From Candidatus Marinacidobacterales bacterium (GTDB lineage Bacteria > Acidobacteriota > Vicinamibacteria > Marinacidobacterales > DATDRI01), in the NCBI GenBank assembly GCA_965219415.1, contig CBDCNP010000002.1:1-64000 (forward strand): a stretch of 64,000 nucleotides of DNA. The letters are read 5' to 3'. Below are positions 1-10,176 of this stretch, piece by piece. The notes beneath the pieces are model-generated. The model was not told where the DNA came from. It ran no database searches and saw only the letters and a program-made list of their open reading frames with translations. Position 1 is the stretch's first letter. Each line of letters starts with the position of its first letter. The position numbers and the translations under genes were made by a program.

Positions 1-531
1 AAAGGCATCCGCAAGGCACTCGTCGACGTTTTGGGGGACCTCGCGGTCATCCAAAGGTGCCAGATCCATAAACTCCGGAATCTTCGCTCGTACCTTCCCA
101 AGTCTCGTCACGCCTACGTACTCCAGACGATGAAGGAAGCCTACAAGTGCAAGAGTGCCGACAAGGCGCGCAAGCGACTTCAGGCATTGGTGTCGTGGCT
201 CGAGCGAAACGGCTACGACGAAGCTGCCGGAAGCCTTCGTGAAGGGATGGAAGAGACACTCACGGTCGTGAAGCTCGCGCTGCCCGCCTTACTTCGCCAG
301 TCTCTTGCCACGACGAACGCCATTGAGAATCTCAACGGAACCATTCGCAGAGTATCGAGAAACGTCAAGCGTTGGAAGAGTCCTTCCATGGTTCGCCGAT
401 GGACCGCTCTTGGCGTCGTCACCGCGCAGAAAAAGTTCCGGCGTATCAAAGGCTATCGCCATATGGGCGCTTTCGTTCACGCGCTTAGAAGCAAACAGAA
501 ATCTCTTGACAGCGATGAGTTTGCTGCCTAA
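1..531 (+). CDS. IS256-family (Mutator-type DDE) transposase, C-terminal part; 5' end outside the window
   Basis: QRCQIHKLRN motif and ATTNAIENLNGTIRR motif typical of IS256 transposases. Confidence 0.9.
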   Translation, partial: KGIRKALVDVLGDLAVIQRCQIHKLRNLRSYLPKSRHAYVLQTMKEAYKCKSADKARKRLQALVSWLERNGYDEAAGSLREGMEETLTVVKLALPALLRQSLATTNAIENLNGTIRRVSRNVKRWKSPSMVRRWTALGVVTAQKKFRRIKGYRHMGAFVHALRSKQKSLDSDEFAA

Positions 532-588
532 GAGTATTCACAGGTGCCGCCGCTACCCGACCAAATTCAACAGCGGCCGGGACATCCC
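1..588 (+). mobile_element. IS256-family element, right part ending in terminal inverted repeat
   Basis: Ends ...AAATTCAACAGCGGCCGGGACATCCC at 588, closely matching the IR ending at 1156. Confidence 0.8.
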
Positions 589-1156
589 CAGACTTCAACT
601 TGGCCGCGGGTTTGTTCAGACTCGATTCGTAATTTCGGGTCGATACCCCCACCAAGATCTGATTCAACACTCGCTCTGGAAGCGGGTCTTCTTCGCGGAA
701 GGCTTCGAAGTGTGGAAGCGACGCCTCCTCGCCCGACTTCGAGCGAACTCGAGGTCGCGACACTTGGATGCGACGACCACCGAAGCTCAGCTCTCCGTTC
801 GTGCTCCCCCAGTGGTTATGAGTTCGCTCCTTCTCGTGCTTGCCCTTGAGCCCCGCGATCTCCTCGGCGTCCTCTCTGAGCAGTAGGTGCAGAGCTGTCA
901 GTCCTTGCTCGTACACCCATTCCGTCAGTTCCGCCTTCGTGGCCGCGATCCCAGCTATCATCGGTAGCAGTATCTGACCGACTTGGCCAACTACCTTGCC
1001 CGTAGGCGAGTGCGTTTGCTTTCTTACTGGCTTCTTTGATTTCCTAGGCATTGGTGGCTCCTTGTCCCCCTCTGGAGACGGTTGTTTGGCAGACCTATTC
1101 TTAGGCCGGCCAAGGAGCCGCCGCTACCCCAAATTCAACATCCGGCGGAACATCCC
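589..1156 (-). mobile_element. IS256-family element, left part (IR plus 5' transposase fragment 589..1051), truncated by the element at 1-588
   Basis: ORF 485..1051(-) has an IS256 N-terminus (HWGSTNGELSFGGRRIQVSRPRVRS, VGVSTRNY) that stops at the neighbouring IR; IR GGGATGTTCCGCCGGATGTTGAATTT starts at 1156 on the minus strand. Confidence 0.8.
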
Positions 1157-1211
1157 CTCCCGAAAGGTATTGGACCTTATTAAGGAGCTCCAGACAGAAG
1201 GTCGACTATGA
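1157..1211 (+). pseudogene. 3' remnant of a small (putative toxin-like) gene cut off by IS256
   Basis: SRKVLDLIKELQTEGRL* ends in an ATGA overlap with the next gene and begins exactly at the IS end. Confidence 0.5.
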
Positions 1212-1675
1212 AAGTGCGGCGGGTTAAGGCAAACAATCGCAGGAAGGCGTTTGAGGTAAGCGCTTATAGGAATACTTACCTTTACCCCTATGCGAAACTG
1301 CACACCAAGCCTGAACCCGACAACAAGGTCGTCGAGGTCTTCGTTGATAAGAAGATCGGAAGCGAGGGTTTCACGTACGTTCTGCAGTCGGGTTCAGAAG
1401 GGAGCGTCCACGTCGAACAGGTGCTCGAGTACAACCAAGACCCCGGATACCTTCGGGAGCTCTTGCTCTACAAACTCACGCTCGAGGCTCAAAAGCGCCT
1501 CGACGCCAGCCCTTTGAGCAAGCGCGAAATCATCCGTCGACTGGGAACGTCGGCAACTCAGTTCTATCGGCTATTGGATCAAACCAACACCAGGAAGTCC
1601 GTAGGGCAGCTGCTTTCGCTCCTTCATGTGCTCGATTGCGATGTGGATTTGGTGGTCCGGGACCGTACAGCTTGA
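1208..1675 (+). CDS. HTH-domain protein, putative antitoxin
   Basis: 155 aa; C-terminal HTH-like segment LSKREIIRRLGTSATQFYRLLD; translationally coupled to the upstream remnant. Confidence 0.7.
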   Translation: MKVRRVKANNRRKAFEVSAYRNTYLYPYAKLHTKPEPDNKVVEVFVDKKIGSEGFTYVLQSGSEGSVHVEQVLEYNQDPGYLRELLLYKLTLEAQKRLDASPLSKREIIRRLGTSATQFYRLLDQTNTRKSVGQLLSLLHVLDCDVDLVVRDRTA

Positions 1676-1698
1676 GCGAAGTATCCACCGGTGGGCTT

Positions 1699-1727
1699 TC
1701 GGTCTGGACCGAGTAACCAAAGGTAAC
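1699..1727. repeat. Dispersed palindromic repeat, copy 1 (centre plus right arm)
   Basis: TCGGTCTGGACCGAGTAACCAAAGGTAAC. Confidence 0.85.
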
Positions 1728-1849
1728 GACTAGGCCACTCAAGACACCCCCTTCTACTTGTCGCACTTGGACCGAAAACCGCCTAGGACCTACTTCCCTT
1801 GCCCCGAAGGCCTTCATACGACAGGCTGAGGGCGCGCCGATGGTGCTTC

Positions 1850-2536
1850 CTACTTTGTCACTCGAAAACGAGGGCCTTGCGAAAAAGACAACGTCTGACC
1901 ATCGAAGGTGGCTTCGAAGATGTGATCGCGCGCATAGAAGACTTCTTCTCCCTGAACGGCGAACCAACGCAGCGCATCGAGACGAAGGTCGTTTCCGTGA
2001 CGCTGGAAAGTGCCCGACCCCGCCAGCCAGCCGCCCTCGGGCGTCGTGACGAGGAGGAAGTGCTCATCGGTGAGAGCGAGCATGCCGCGGTCGAGGCGAA
2101 CCAGAGTCGTTGCCTTAGTGGGGATCCGGGTTAGCTTTTCGGCATTCCCGTTTGCGAAAGTCAGGACGAGCTCATCCCCGGAACGCCGAACGGAAACTTG
2201 ATGTGTCGTGTTGGAGCGTCCGGACAACACTGGACTCTGCTCGGGCGTGACCAAGATACCGATTTCTACATCGAACCGCAAAACGCCGCCATTTAGCTCG
2301 TAGGTACCCACATGCGCATCCGCCAGCTGATTTTCCATCGGCTCGCCATCACGCATCGCCTGGTGAACGAACTTACCGTCGTGGAAGAGAAAGAATCCCG
2401 CGAGGGCCTCTTCGCTCTGCCCGGCGGTTGTCACCGACTCATAGGACCAGAGGCCTTGGACGTTGTCCTCCGGCAAGCCTCCGAGGGCGGCACCGACCGC
2501 AAGAACTGGGAGGCCGAACAGCATGAAACCCTTCAT
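1850..2536 (-). CDS. Secreted hypothetical protein, possibly beta-barrel/lipocalin-like
   Basis: 228 aa, N-terminal signal peptide, VQGLWSY motif; starts 7 bp after the molybdoprotein stop. Confidence 0.65.
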   Translation of the reverse strand: MKGFMLFGLPVLAVGAALGGLPEDNVQGLWSYESVTTAGQSEEALAGFFLFHDGKFVHQAMRDGEPMENQLADAHVGTYELNGGVLRFDVEIGILVTPEQSPVLSGRSNTTHQVSVRRSGDELVLTFANGNAEKLTRIPTKATTLVRLDRGMLALTDEHFLLVTTPEGGWLAGSGTFQRHGNDLRLDALRWFAVQGEEVFYARDHIFEATFDGQTLSFSQGPRFRVTK

Positions 2537-2543
2537 GGGTTCG

Positions 2544-4715
2544 TCAAACTCCCTTTAGGCCGTCGGGGATCATCGGGAGAGACCTCAGACGAGTGCCCGT
2601 TGCGCTCCAGATGGCATTCGCGATCGCCGGGGCTACGCAGACGATAGGCGTCTCTCCGGCCCCCGCCGAAGGCAAGTCGTTGCGGTCCAGGAGGATCGTT
2701 TCCAGCGCAGGAAGGTCGCTGAACCGTGGCACGCGGTACTGCGAGAAGAAGGGGTTTTCGATCTTCCCTTCGGCGAAATCTATTGCTTCGAACAAGGCGC
2801 CGCCGATTCCCATGATCACCGCGCCCTCGACCTGATTCTTTAGGCTATCCGGGTTCACGATGGCTCCGCACTCGAACGCGGTAACGAGGCGGTCGATGCA
2901 AACCTTTTCGCTTGGCCGCCCGATCGACACCTCCGCGAACGTGGCGACATAGGAGCCTGCTTCGAATCCCCCGGCGAGACCGAGGCCCCGATCCTTGGAG
3001 GCTTTCCTCTTTCCCCACTCGAACTGCTTGGCGGCCGCTTCGAGTACCGCGATCAGGCGCTCATCCTTTAAATTCTTTAGACGAAACTCGAGGGGATCCA
3101 TCCCGATCGCGTGAGCGAGCTCGTCCAAGTGGGACTCGCGTGCGAAGTGATTCGCCGTTGCGGCGAGGGCGCGATACGAGCCCTGTCGAAGAGGTGAGCG
3201 CGCGGGATGGAACTCGATGTGCAGGTTGGGAATCTCGTAGCGACCCTCGATCGCTGAGTGGCCTGAGTTGTAGTTATGGAACTCCCAGGCGGTGAGGGTT
3301 CCATCATTTTTAACACCGCTCGTCACCTCGATGAGACCTGCGGGACGGAAGTAGGCCCAGGTAAATTCTTCTTCACGGGTCCACACCAGCTTCACCGGGC
3401 GGCCGGCGGCTTTTGCCAGCCGCGCCGCCTCGATCGCGCATTCGCCCGTGTGCTTGCCTCCATACCCCGAGCCTGTGTCCGGCACGATCACGCGCACTTG
3501 ATTCTCCGGGAGATGGAACGCCTCGGTGAGCTGATCGCGGACCTTGAAGGGTCGTTGGGTTCCGGTCCAGACCGTAAGCTTGCCACCTTTCCACTGAGCT
3601 ACCGCGGCCCGGGGCTCCAACGAGGCATGGGCGATGTAGGCGACGGTGTAGCGGGCCTCGAGCTTTCGGTCTGCCGTAGCCAGTCCCTTCGCGCTCGAGC
3701 CCTCGGCGTAACGCCTCGGTCCGCGCCATCCCCGAGTGTCCGAGGGATTCGCCTTCAAGTAGTCGAACAGGTCCTTGGATAATGGATGAGACGTTGATGC
3801 CCACTCCGCCCGAATGGCATCCACCGCTCGGGCGGCTTGGTGCTGGCTTGGCGCAGCGACTCCCACGAAGTCGCCGTCTTTGACCACCACCACTCGCTCC
3901 ATCGCCTCCGCCTCGCTCGTGTCGACGGAAACCAAGGTGGCCTCGAAGGAGGGCGGCCGAAGCACTTTCCCGTACAACATGTCCGGTAGCTTGATGTCCG
4001 AAGCGAAGCGGTGCCGTCCCGTCACGAAAGCACGGCCGTTCACCTTCGCGGCCGACCTGCCGGCAACGGTCCAATTGCCCGCGGCGGTAGTGGGCGCGGG
4101 ATCGCTGATCGTTTGGATGAGCTTCTCGCCCTTCGTGAGCTCACCAAACGCAATCGAGCGATTCTTTGCTGGATCCGACACCTTGCCGCTCGCGACGACG
4201 AGCGTGGCGCGATCCACGTTCCATTGTTTGGCGGCCAAATCGGTAAGGATTTCTCTCGCCGTAGCCGATGCCTTCCGCAGGTGGGGAGCCATTTGGGGTG
4301 TCGTGAAACTTCCAAAGGTACCGATGTCGTACGGCGTCCGGTCGGTATCACCCATGATTAGTTGCACGGATTCCATTGGCAAATGCAGCTCGTCGGCGAC
4401 CGCCTGGGCGAGAGAGGTACGGACGTTTTGGCCCACTTCGACCTTTCCGGTATAGACGGTGATTACGCCATCTCCGCCGACGTGAAGCCAGGCCGCGAGA
4501 TCGTTCGGAAGCGGATCTCCAAAGCCTCGAAGCGACTTCCCTCCAGCCTCTTGCGCCTGGAGAGCTTCGTCGAGTTTCACGAAGATGACGATGCCGCCAC
4601 CGAAGACTTTTAGGAACTGTCTTCGGTCGACGTCGAAGTGGTAGGCGGCCGATTCAGCGAACTCGTAGCGCTCGGGCTCTAAAGACATCGGGAAGGATGT
4701 TTTCTTGTCCTTCAT
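2544..4715 (-). CDS. Molybdopterin-binding oxidoreductase large subunit (xanthine dehydrogenase / isoquinoline 1-oxidoreductase beta-like)
   Basis: GKVEVGQ, GSGYGGK and GAGETPI motifs, RRQFLK Tat-like motif; start placed at MKDKK overlapping the 2Fe-2S gene stop. Confidence 0.9.
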   Translation of the reverse strand: MKDKKTSFPMSLEPERYEFAESAAYHFDVDRRQFLKVFGGGIVIFVKLDEALQAQEAGGKSLRGFGDPLPNDLAAWLHVGGDGVITVYTGKVEVGQNVRTSLAQAVADELHLPMESVQLIMGDTDRTPYDIGTFGSFTTPQMAPHLRKASATAREILTDLAAKQWNVDRATLVVASGKVSDPAKNRSIAFGELTKGEKLIQTISDPAPTTAAGNWTVAGRSAAKVNGRAFVTGRHRFASDIKLPDMLYGKVLRPPSFEATLVSVDTSEAEAMERVVVVKDGDFVGVAAPSQHQAARAVDAIRAEWASTSHPLSKDLFDYLKANPSDTRGWRGPRRYAEGSSAKGLATADRKLEARYTVAYIAHASLEPRAAVAQWKGGKLTVWTGTQRPFKVRDQLTEAFHLPENQVRVIVPDTGSGYGGKHTGECAIEAARLAKAAGRPVKLVWTREEEFTWAYFRPAGLIEVTSGVKNDGTLTAWEFHNYNSGHSAIEGRYEIPNLHIEFHPARSPLRQGSYRALAATANHFARESHLDELAHAIGMDPLEFRLKNLKDERLIAVLEAAAKQFEWGKRKASKDRGLGLAGGFEAGSYVATFAEVSIGRPSEKVCIDRLVTAFECGAIVNPDSLKNQVEGAVIMGIGGALFEAIDFAEGKIENPFFSQYRVPRFSDLPALETILLDRNDLPSAGAGETPIVCVAPAIANAIWSATGTRLRSLPMIPDGLKGV

Positions 4716-5191
4716 CAATCCTTCTCCCCGATAATTTCTGCGGCCTTTTCCATCGCCGCCAGGATCCTCGGGTACGTTCCGCAGCGGCAGATGTTGCCCT
4801 TCATGAAGCGAAGGACCTCCTCTCGCGTGGCGTTCGGGTTCTTGTTCAGGAGGCCAACGCCGGATAGGATCATCCCCGGCGTACAGTACCCACACTGCAG
4901 CGCCCCCATCTCTAGAAAGGCTTCCTGCACCGGATGGAGTTGGCCCTGGTCCTCCAGGCCCTCGATCGTAGTGATCTGTCTACCTGCGACGGCGCGCATC
5001 GGTGTGAGGCAGGACCGGACGGGGGAGCCATCGAGCAGTACCGTACAGGCGCCGCATTGACCCTCGCCGCACCCGTACTTGGCGCCCGTGAGGTTCGTCT
5101 GCTCTCGCAACACGCTTAGGAGGCTGGCTTCCGGGTCGGCGTCGATACGGATACGCGCTCGGTTCACCCAAAGCTCGGTGAGCGTCGACAT
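4715..5191 (-). CDS. (2Fe-2S)-binding small subunit (CoxS/IorA-like)
   Basis: GCGEGQCGACTV, QCGYCTPG and CRCGTY cysteine motifs. Confidence 0.93.
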   Translation of the reverse strand: MSTLTELWVNRARIRIDADPEASLLSVLREQTNLTGAKYGCGEGQCGACTVLLDGSPVRSCLTPMRAVAGRQITTIEGLEDQGQLHPVQEAFLEMGALQCGYCTPGMILSGVGLLNKNPNATREEVLRFMKGNICRCGTYPRILAAMEKAAEIIGEKD

Positions 5192-5331
5192 GAGTACCTC
5201 TCAGATTGTGCTCAGCATACACCACAACCTAAGCGGGCGACGATGGACTTCGCGCGGATCCGAGGCGGAAACAAGTGCTCGACGAAGCCGTCCGGTCGGG
5301 AGAGATGTCTTCCGAGCGTCTTAACGAGATT

Positions 5332-6357
5332 CTAACGTTCTGACCCCGATAGCCACGCGCGCATTTGGACGTCCTGATTCCGATATTCGCGGCGAAGCCG
5401 TTCGAGAACTCGATCCATCTCAGGGTGGCGTGGATAGCTATCTGGATAAACAGGTAGGGCGGAGAGATCCTCACCTGCAAGAGCTATTTTCGCGACCTCG
5501 AATCCCCGACTGGCAAACTCCTCGATCATGTCTTCTCCATGCGCCTTGGAGGCCTTTGCGGGGTTTCCCCAGTAACCGTGCCAGTCCCTCCCAGGAATCG
5601 TCCGCAAGAATTCCTCATCGTTCTTGACCAGAAAAGGTCGATAGTCCTTATAGTCCGGCTTAACGAGATCGCTTCGCAGAAACAGATTAACCGATGTTTC
5701 CGCTGCGCCTGCATGCCCTTCATAGCCTAAGTGCTCTTGCCAATCCTGGCCAAAATGTTTCTGATAGATCTCCGAGCTGTAGAATCCTGAACCGAATATC
5801 AAGCTGGAGATATTCACCATCCGTACGCCGTATTCCTCACTCACATAAGCAGCGGCCTGATTGAAGGCGCTGTTCCCAGGAGGAAAGCCATAGCTATGCA
5901 CCAAGAAGACGTTCTTGAAACCCTTTCGGGCAATCGTAGAACCCCAGTCGATTGCCACGCCTCGAAGCGTCTCGAAGCGCAGGGGAAAGGTGCCTATGTG
6001 GTTGAACTCTCCCGCATGGACTTCCGGTCCCTCCTCGCCGAGCATTACCGGCGGAACCAGCACAAGATCGTAGTCCGGATGGGAGACGCGGAGTCGTTTG
6101 ATCATGCCATCGCGGATGCCCATGGCCTGAAAATAATCGGCGCCGACCGGAAGGTGTGGGCCGTGCTGCTCCAAGTTTCCCATCGTCAGGAAGAAGACGG
6201 AGTTCTTCCGGTCCAGCTCGTCGATTTCGACGAAAGTCAATTCTTCGAGTCGCAAAACGCGACCGGCTCCTGCTTGCGAAGCCATTACGATCTGCAGCAA
6301 GAGAATCGCACCGAATCCGATTACCATTGCTGCTGCGAGTCTTGTCTTAGCAGGCAT
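5332..6357 (-). CDS. Creatininase / creatinine amidohydrolase family protein, secreted
   Basis: GNLEQHGPHLPVGAD and GHAGAAETS motifs; signal peptide from MPAKTRL. Confidence 0.85.
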   Translation of the reverse strand: MPAKTRLAAAMVIGFGAILLLQIVMASQAGAGRVLRLEELTFVEIDELDRKNSVFFLTMGNLEQHGPHLPVGADYFQAMGIRDGMIKRLRVSHPDYDLVLVPPVMLGEEGPEVHAGEFNHIGTFPLRFETLRGVAIDWGSTIARKGFKNVFLVHSYGFPPGNSAFNQAAAYVSEEYGVRMVNISSLIFGSGFYSSEIYQKHFGQDWQEHLGYEGHAGAAETSVNLFLRSDLVKPDYKDYRPFLVKNDEEFLRTIPGRDWHGYWGNPAKASKAHGEDMIEEFASRGFEVAKIALAGEDLSALPVYPDSYPRHPEMDRVLERLRREYRNQDVQMRAWLSGSER

Positions 6358-6454
6358 AAATCCCCTCTTTTTTGGAGTGATCGCCGTGAGCAAATCTCCG
6401 ACCGAGATCGCGTGGCCAAAGTGTTAGTTGGTCGGGACCCGAGTTGCTGGACGG

Positions 6455-7238
6455 CTAAGTGAACCAGTGCGCTCTTATGAGCATTACGGCGGATGCGATC
6501 GAAAAGATGGTGAGGAGTCCGCGCAGTAGGTGGATAAGGAATCCCTCACCGATGCGGTATCCGGCTGCAGAGAGTGCGAGTAGGGCGGCGGCGATCGGAA
6601 GCCCGAACCAGGGGTGGAGCGTGGGTACGATGGCCAGAACCAACCACGGCAACCAGGAAACCAATCAGCAGAACGGCCAGAGGATACCCCGGCTGAACTT
6701 CATAGTCCGCATGCGGTCGCGCGAAGTCGGCCGATGTTGTGTCGCAGATGACGTCGGGTTGCTCTGAGGTCCACAGCGTCTCGAGGTCGGGCAAGTAGCT
6801 CTTGCTGTCGGGCCAGCTCACGTAGAGCGACCCGTCCCCTCCTGCAACCCACACCAGCACCGAGCCCGCAGAGAAGTTCAAGCGCATGGCGGTCGGCTCC
6901 AGCTCATATCCTAGAATCGACGCCGAAAGCAGGGGTTGGCCCAGGAAGGAACGCCAGTACGGGAGGCGTCCGGCATCGAGCGACTTGAGATGCTCTGCGA
7001 AGGTCGAGCCGCCGGTGACCGAGAGCACCCAGTCATTGTATCCCTCGGCAGTCACCATGACGTCGCCGCCTTCGAAATGAAGCAGCACCGCTCGATCCAG
7101 GGCGAGGTCGGGATCATCCAGGGGGTAGCTGTCATGCAATTCCTCGTCGTAGTCGTCCCCGTACTCGACCGCGCGTAAGCGCTCACCGATCCGCGGTCGC
7201 AGCGCGTCTAGAATCTCGGTTTCGAGGAGGGACGACAT
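6455..7238 (-). pseudogene. Hypothetical protein with C-terminal membrane domain, probably frameshifted near 6660
   Basis: Hydrophobic segment of ORF 6546..7238 continues in ORF 6455..6664 in another frame. Confidence 0.45.
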
Positions 7239-7253
7239 CCGAAGATTCCCACG

Positions 7254-8163
7254 TTAAGGTTCCATGGCACTTCTCAACAGGTTGAGGCACGCCGGGGAAA
7301 CCATTCGATACTGAACGACCTTACGAGCCTTCACTCGTCGGGCGGCGATCCTGTCGCAGATGACGAGGTCTGCGGCGTCGAGTCGGCGGGCTTCGCCTTG
7401 CGGGAGCAAACACTCTTGCAACGTGTGGCGCTCCCCGACCACCGGCGCCAGGACCCCTCGCGCTGTTTGCAGGACGAACTCACTAATGGACACGACAGCG
7501 ATCGTGGAAGGCTCCCGCAACTGACGAATCATCTCTAACTGCTCGTCCCCCGACGAAAACGTGATGGGGATGGCAGGACGATCCTTCGGGACCACGTCAG
7601 TAATTTGGGAGATGGCAGCCGGTGGGTCCACAACCAATGTTCCCATCATCAGTTCCTGCCCTCTCCCCAAGATCCTCCGGTGAGCACGTCTCGACGGGAA
7701 AACCGAGAGCTTCTCTGAGCTCTTCTCGCAGAAGGTGACGGATGCCCCCGTCGGCCGAAACGACCAGCAGATGGTCCGGGGGTTCTGCCATGAGACGCTC
7801 TAGAACGCGCTGGCGAAGTTGCTTGACGCTGTAACCGGCCTCCTGTGCGGATTGAATCGTCGCATTGATCAGATCATCTAGATCCTTCACACGTGGTGCG
7901 GAGGTCAGGTCTCCTGGTGAACGCACCACCATCGGACTCCCCCGACGGCGAAGCAAGAGATTGTGAGCCTCCAACTCTTGGTACACCTAGCTCACGGTGT
8001 TGTGGTGAATCTTCAGCCGGCGGGCCAGGTCCCTGACGCTCGGAAGGGCCTCGCCGGGCTTCCATTCCCCTGTTGCAATCAGGAAAGTGATTTCTGCCAC
8101 CAACTGATCGTGGATGGTGACATCGCTTTCCCTAGCAATACGGATGTCTGTCCGGGCAAGCAT
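7254..8163 (-). pseudogene. GntR-family transcriptional regulator (in-frame TAG at 7987-7989 and frameshift near 7665)
   Basis: LPSVRDLARRLKIHHNTVS*VYQELE is a GntR wHTH split by a stop; C-terminal part lies in ORF 7254..7670. Confidence 0.85.
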
Positions 8164-8338
8164 TCAGGGCTGGCCTCCGCCGCGGATCGAGTCTAGTTGA
8201 CCCTCAGTTACGGCAATTCTACACGGTCTTTTCCAGCATGACACCTCAGGAACTGTCACATTCCCTGTGGCGTCGTCTCCCCTGCCCTGGCTACAGTCGA
8301 CTACAGCTTGGTTAGGAGCCCAGAGGGAGGAATAAGCG

Positions 8339-8887
8339 ATGAGGAGCAGGAAGGTCGCGGCCTGGATTTCTGTAGCAGTCGTATTGGTGCTCGCGTCTCC
8401 GGCCGACGCGAACACCGGCTTGCCGATGATCGTCGTGATGTGGCCGCTCATGATCTTGGCGCTTTTGCCCATCATCGCCATCGAAGCGTATGTGTTGTCG
8501 ACGAGACTTGCGATGGCAATCGGGGGGGCCACGACGGTTTCGGCCTGGGCCAACGGAGTGTCCACCATCGTGGGCATGCCGATCACGTGGGTCCTATCGT
8601 TGCTTTTTCCCGTGATGGACGCCTGGATCTTGCGGTTCGATGAGGAATACAGCGTGGGTCCCGAGTTGGTTTTCCCAATTTCAGTTCTCGGGTTGCTCAT
8701 ACCCTTGTTCTTCGCGTCGTGGCTCGTTGAGTGGCGCATCGCGGTCTGGAGGCTTCCAGGGCTCGATGCAGGAACGGTCTCCGCCGCCATCTTCGTTAGC
8801 AATGCGATCACCTATGCCTGCTTGGCGGTCTTCATCTTGGCGTATTCATCTGGGTGCTTCGAAGTGAGCAGCGATCAGGTCCGGTAA
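8339..8887 (+). CDS. Hypothetical membrane protein
   Basis: GGAGG SD upstream, signal peptide and several hydrophobic helices. Confidence 0.7.
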   Translation: MRSRKVAAWISVAVVLVLASPADANTGLPMIVVMWPLMILALLPIIAIEAYVLSTRLAMAIGGATTVSAWANGVSTIVGMPITWVLSLLFPVMDAWILRFDEEYSVGPELVFPISVLGLLIPLFFASWLVEWRIAVWRLPGLDAGTVSAAIFVSNAITYACLAVFILAYSSGCFEVSSDQVR

Positions 8888-8959
8888 TCCCTATCGTAGA
8901 CGTTGAAGCCTTAGAGGACGTGTACGAGGACGGGCGAGCGCGGGTCCTGGAACCGAGTC

Positions 8960-10150
8960 ATGGTTCTGATACGGTGGGCTAGTTGTGTTTTGGCGATGGT
9001 CGCTGCCATCACGGCCGCTGTAGTGTTCGTGGGCGGGTCCGGGGAGTTGCCGATGCGTTTGGATGAGTCGGCCTCAACCGACGGCCCGTCTCCCTCGTTT
9101 CTTCCCCTTGTTCTCGTTCCTGGGTTCAAAGGCAGCGCCTTATCGGGTCCGCAGGGTCGCCGGCGTTGGCTCACCGGCTGGCAAGGGTTGGGCCTCCGCA
9201 GTCACGATCTGCGATTACCGCTGCGATGGGAAGGTGATGTGCAGCAGCTTGATGGCCTCGTCCCGAACGCACCGCTACGTACGGTTGCACGGCAGAATGT
9301 TTACGCCCCTTTCTTGGATTGGGCGGCGGCATCGGGACGGTCGGTTTATTCTTTTCCGTATGACTGGCGCCGCGATAACCTCGAGACGACCGATAGGTTC
9401 GTTGAATTCCTCGAAAGTGTCAGCCAAGAGCGCGGGGGCCAAAAGATTCAAGTCGTGGGCCACAGCATGGGTGGTCTCATTGGTTTCGTAGCGCTCAACC
9501 GTCGTCCGGACCTTTTTCACAGTATCTTGCTCGCTGGAGTTCCATTCGGCCCTCTCACTGGCTTCCTAGAAGACATGCATGCTGGCACGGCCGTCGGTCT
9601 GAACAGACGGATTCTCAGTCCCGAAGTCTTGTTTACATTCGTGTCTCCTTATTGCCTTTTTTCTCTGACGCCCACCAAATCGGACTTGGAGGACGAGAAC
9701 GGCAACACGATTGTCCACGATTGGTACGCGGCGGCGGACTGGGAGCGACACAAGCTGGGCATTTTCGGGATGCTTGAACCGGCTCAAATAACCGACGAGC
9801 AGCGTTTGCACCTTCGCAACGCGCTGGCTCGGGCACGAGAGTTCAGGACTCTGTTCGTACGCAGCAACGAGAACTCTTTCAAGTACCCACCGATTGCTGT
9901 ACTGGCGAGTGACTCCCGCAAAACGCTTTCCACGATCGTAAAGGGCGGCCCGCGTGCGGTTAGAGGGTGGGATTTTCGGGAAGCCCCAAGGGACCGCGGG
10001 GACGGACGTGTACCTTTCGAGAGAGCACTGCCGCCCAAAGGAGTACCGTACGAGGTTTACAAGACGGCGCGGGAACATGGTGACCTGCTGAACGACACCT
10101 ACGTAGTTTCGTGGATTCTCGGACGCTTGTCTAAAACAGTCAAACGATGA
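8960..10150 (+). CDS. Alpha/beta hydrolase, LCAT/PGAP1-like lipase/acyltransferase
   Basis: VLVPGFKGS, FPYDWR, GHSMGG nucleophile motif, GDGRVP. Confidence 0.88.
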   Translation: MVLIRWASCVLAMVAAITAAVVFVGGSGELPMRLDESASTDGPSPSFLPLVLVPGFKGSALSGPQGRRRWLTGWQGLGLRSHDLRLPLRWEGDVQQLDGLVPNAPLRTVARQNVYAPFLDWAAASGRSVYSFPYDWRRDNLETTDRFVEFLESVSQERGGQKIQVVGHSMGGLIGFVALNRRPDLFHSILLAGVPFGPLTGFLEDMHAGTAVGLNRRILSPEVLFTFVSPYCLFSLTPTKSDLEDENGNTIVHDWYAAADWERHKLGIFGMLEPAQITDEQRLHLRNALARAREFRTLFVRSNENSFKYPPIAVLASDSRKTLSTIVKGGPRAVRGWDFREAPRDRGDGRVPFERALPPKGVPYEVYKTAREHGDLLNDTYVVSWILGRLSKTVKR

Positions 10151-10176
10151 GAACTTTTCGGGGGTAAAAGCACTTC

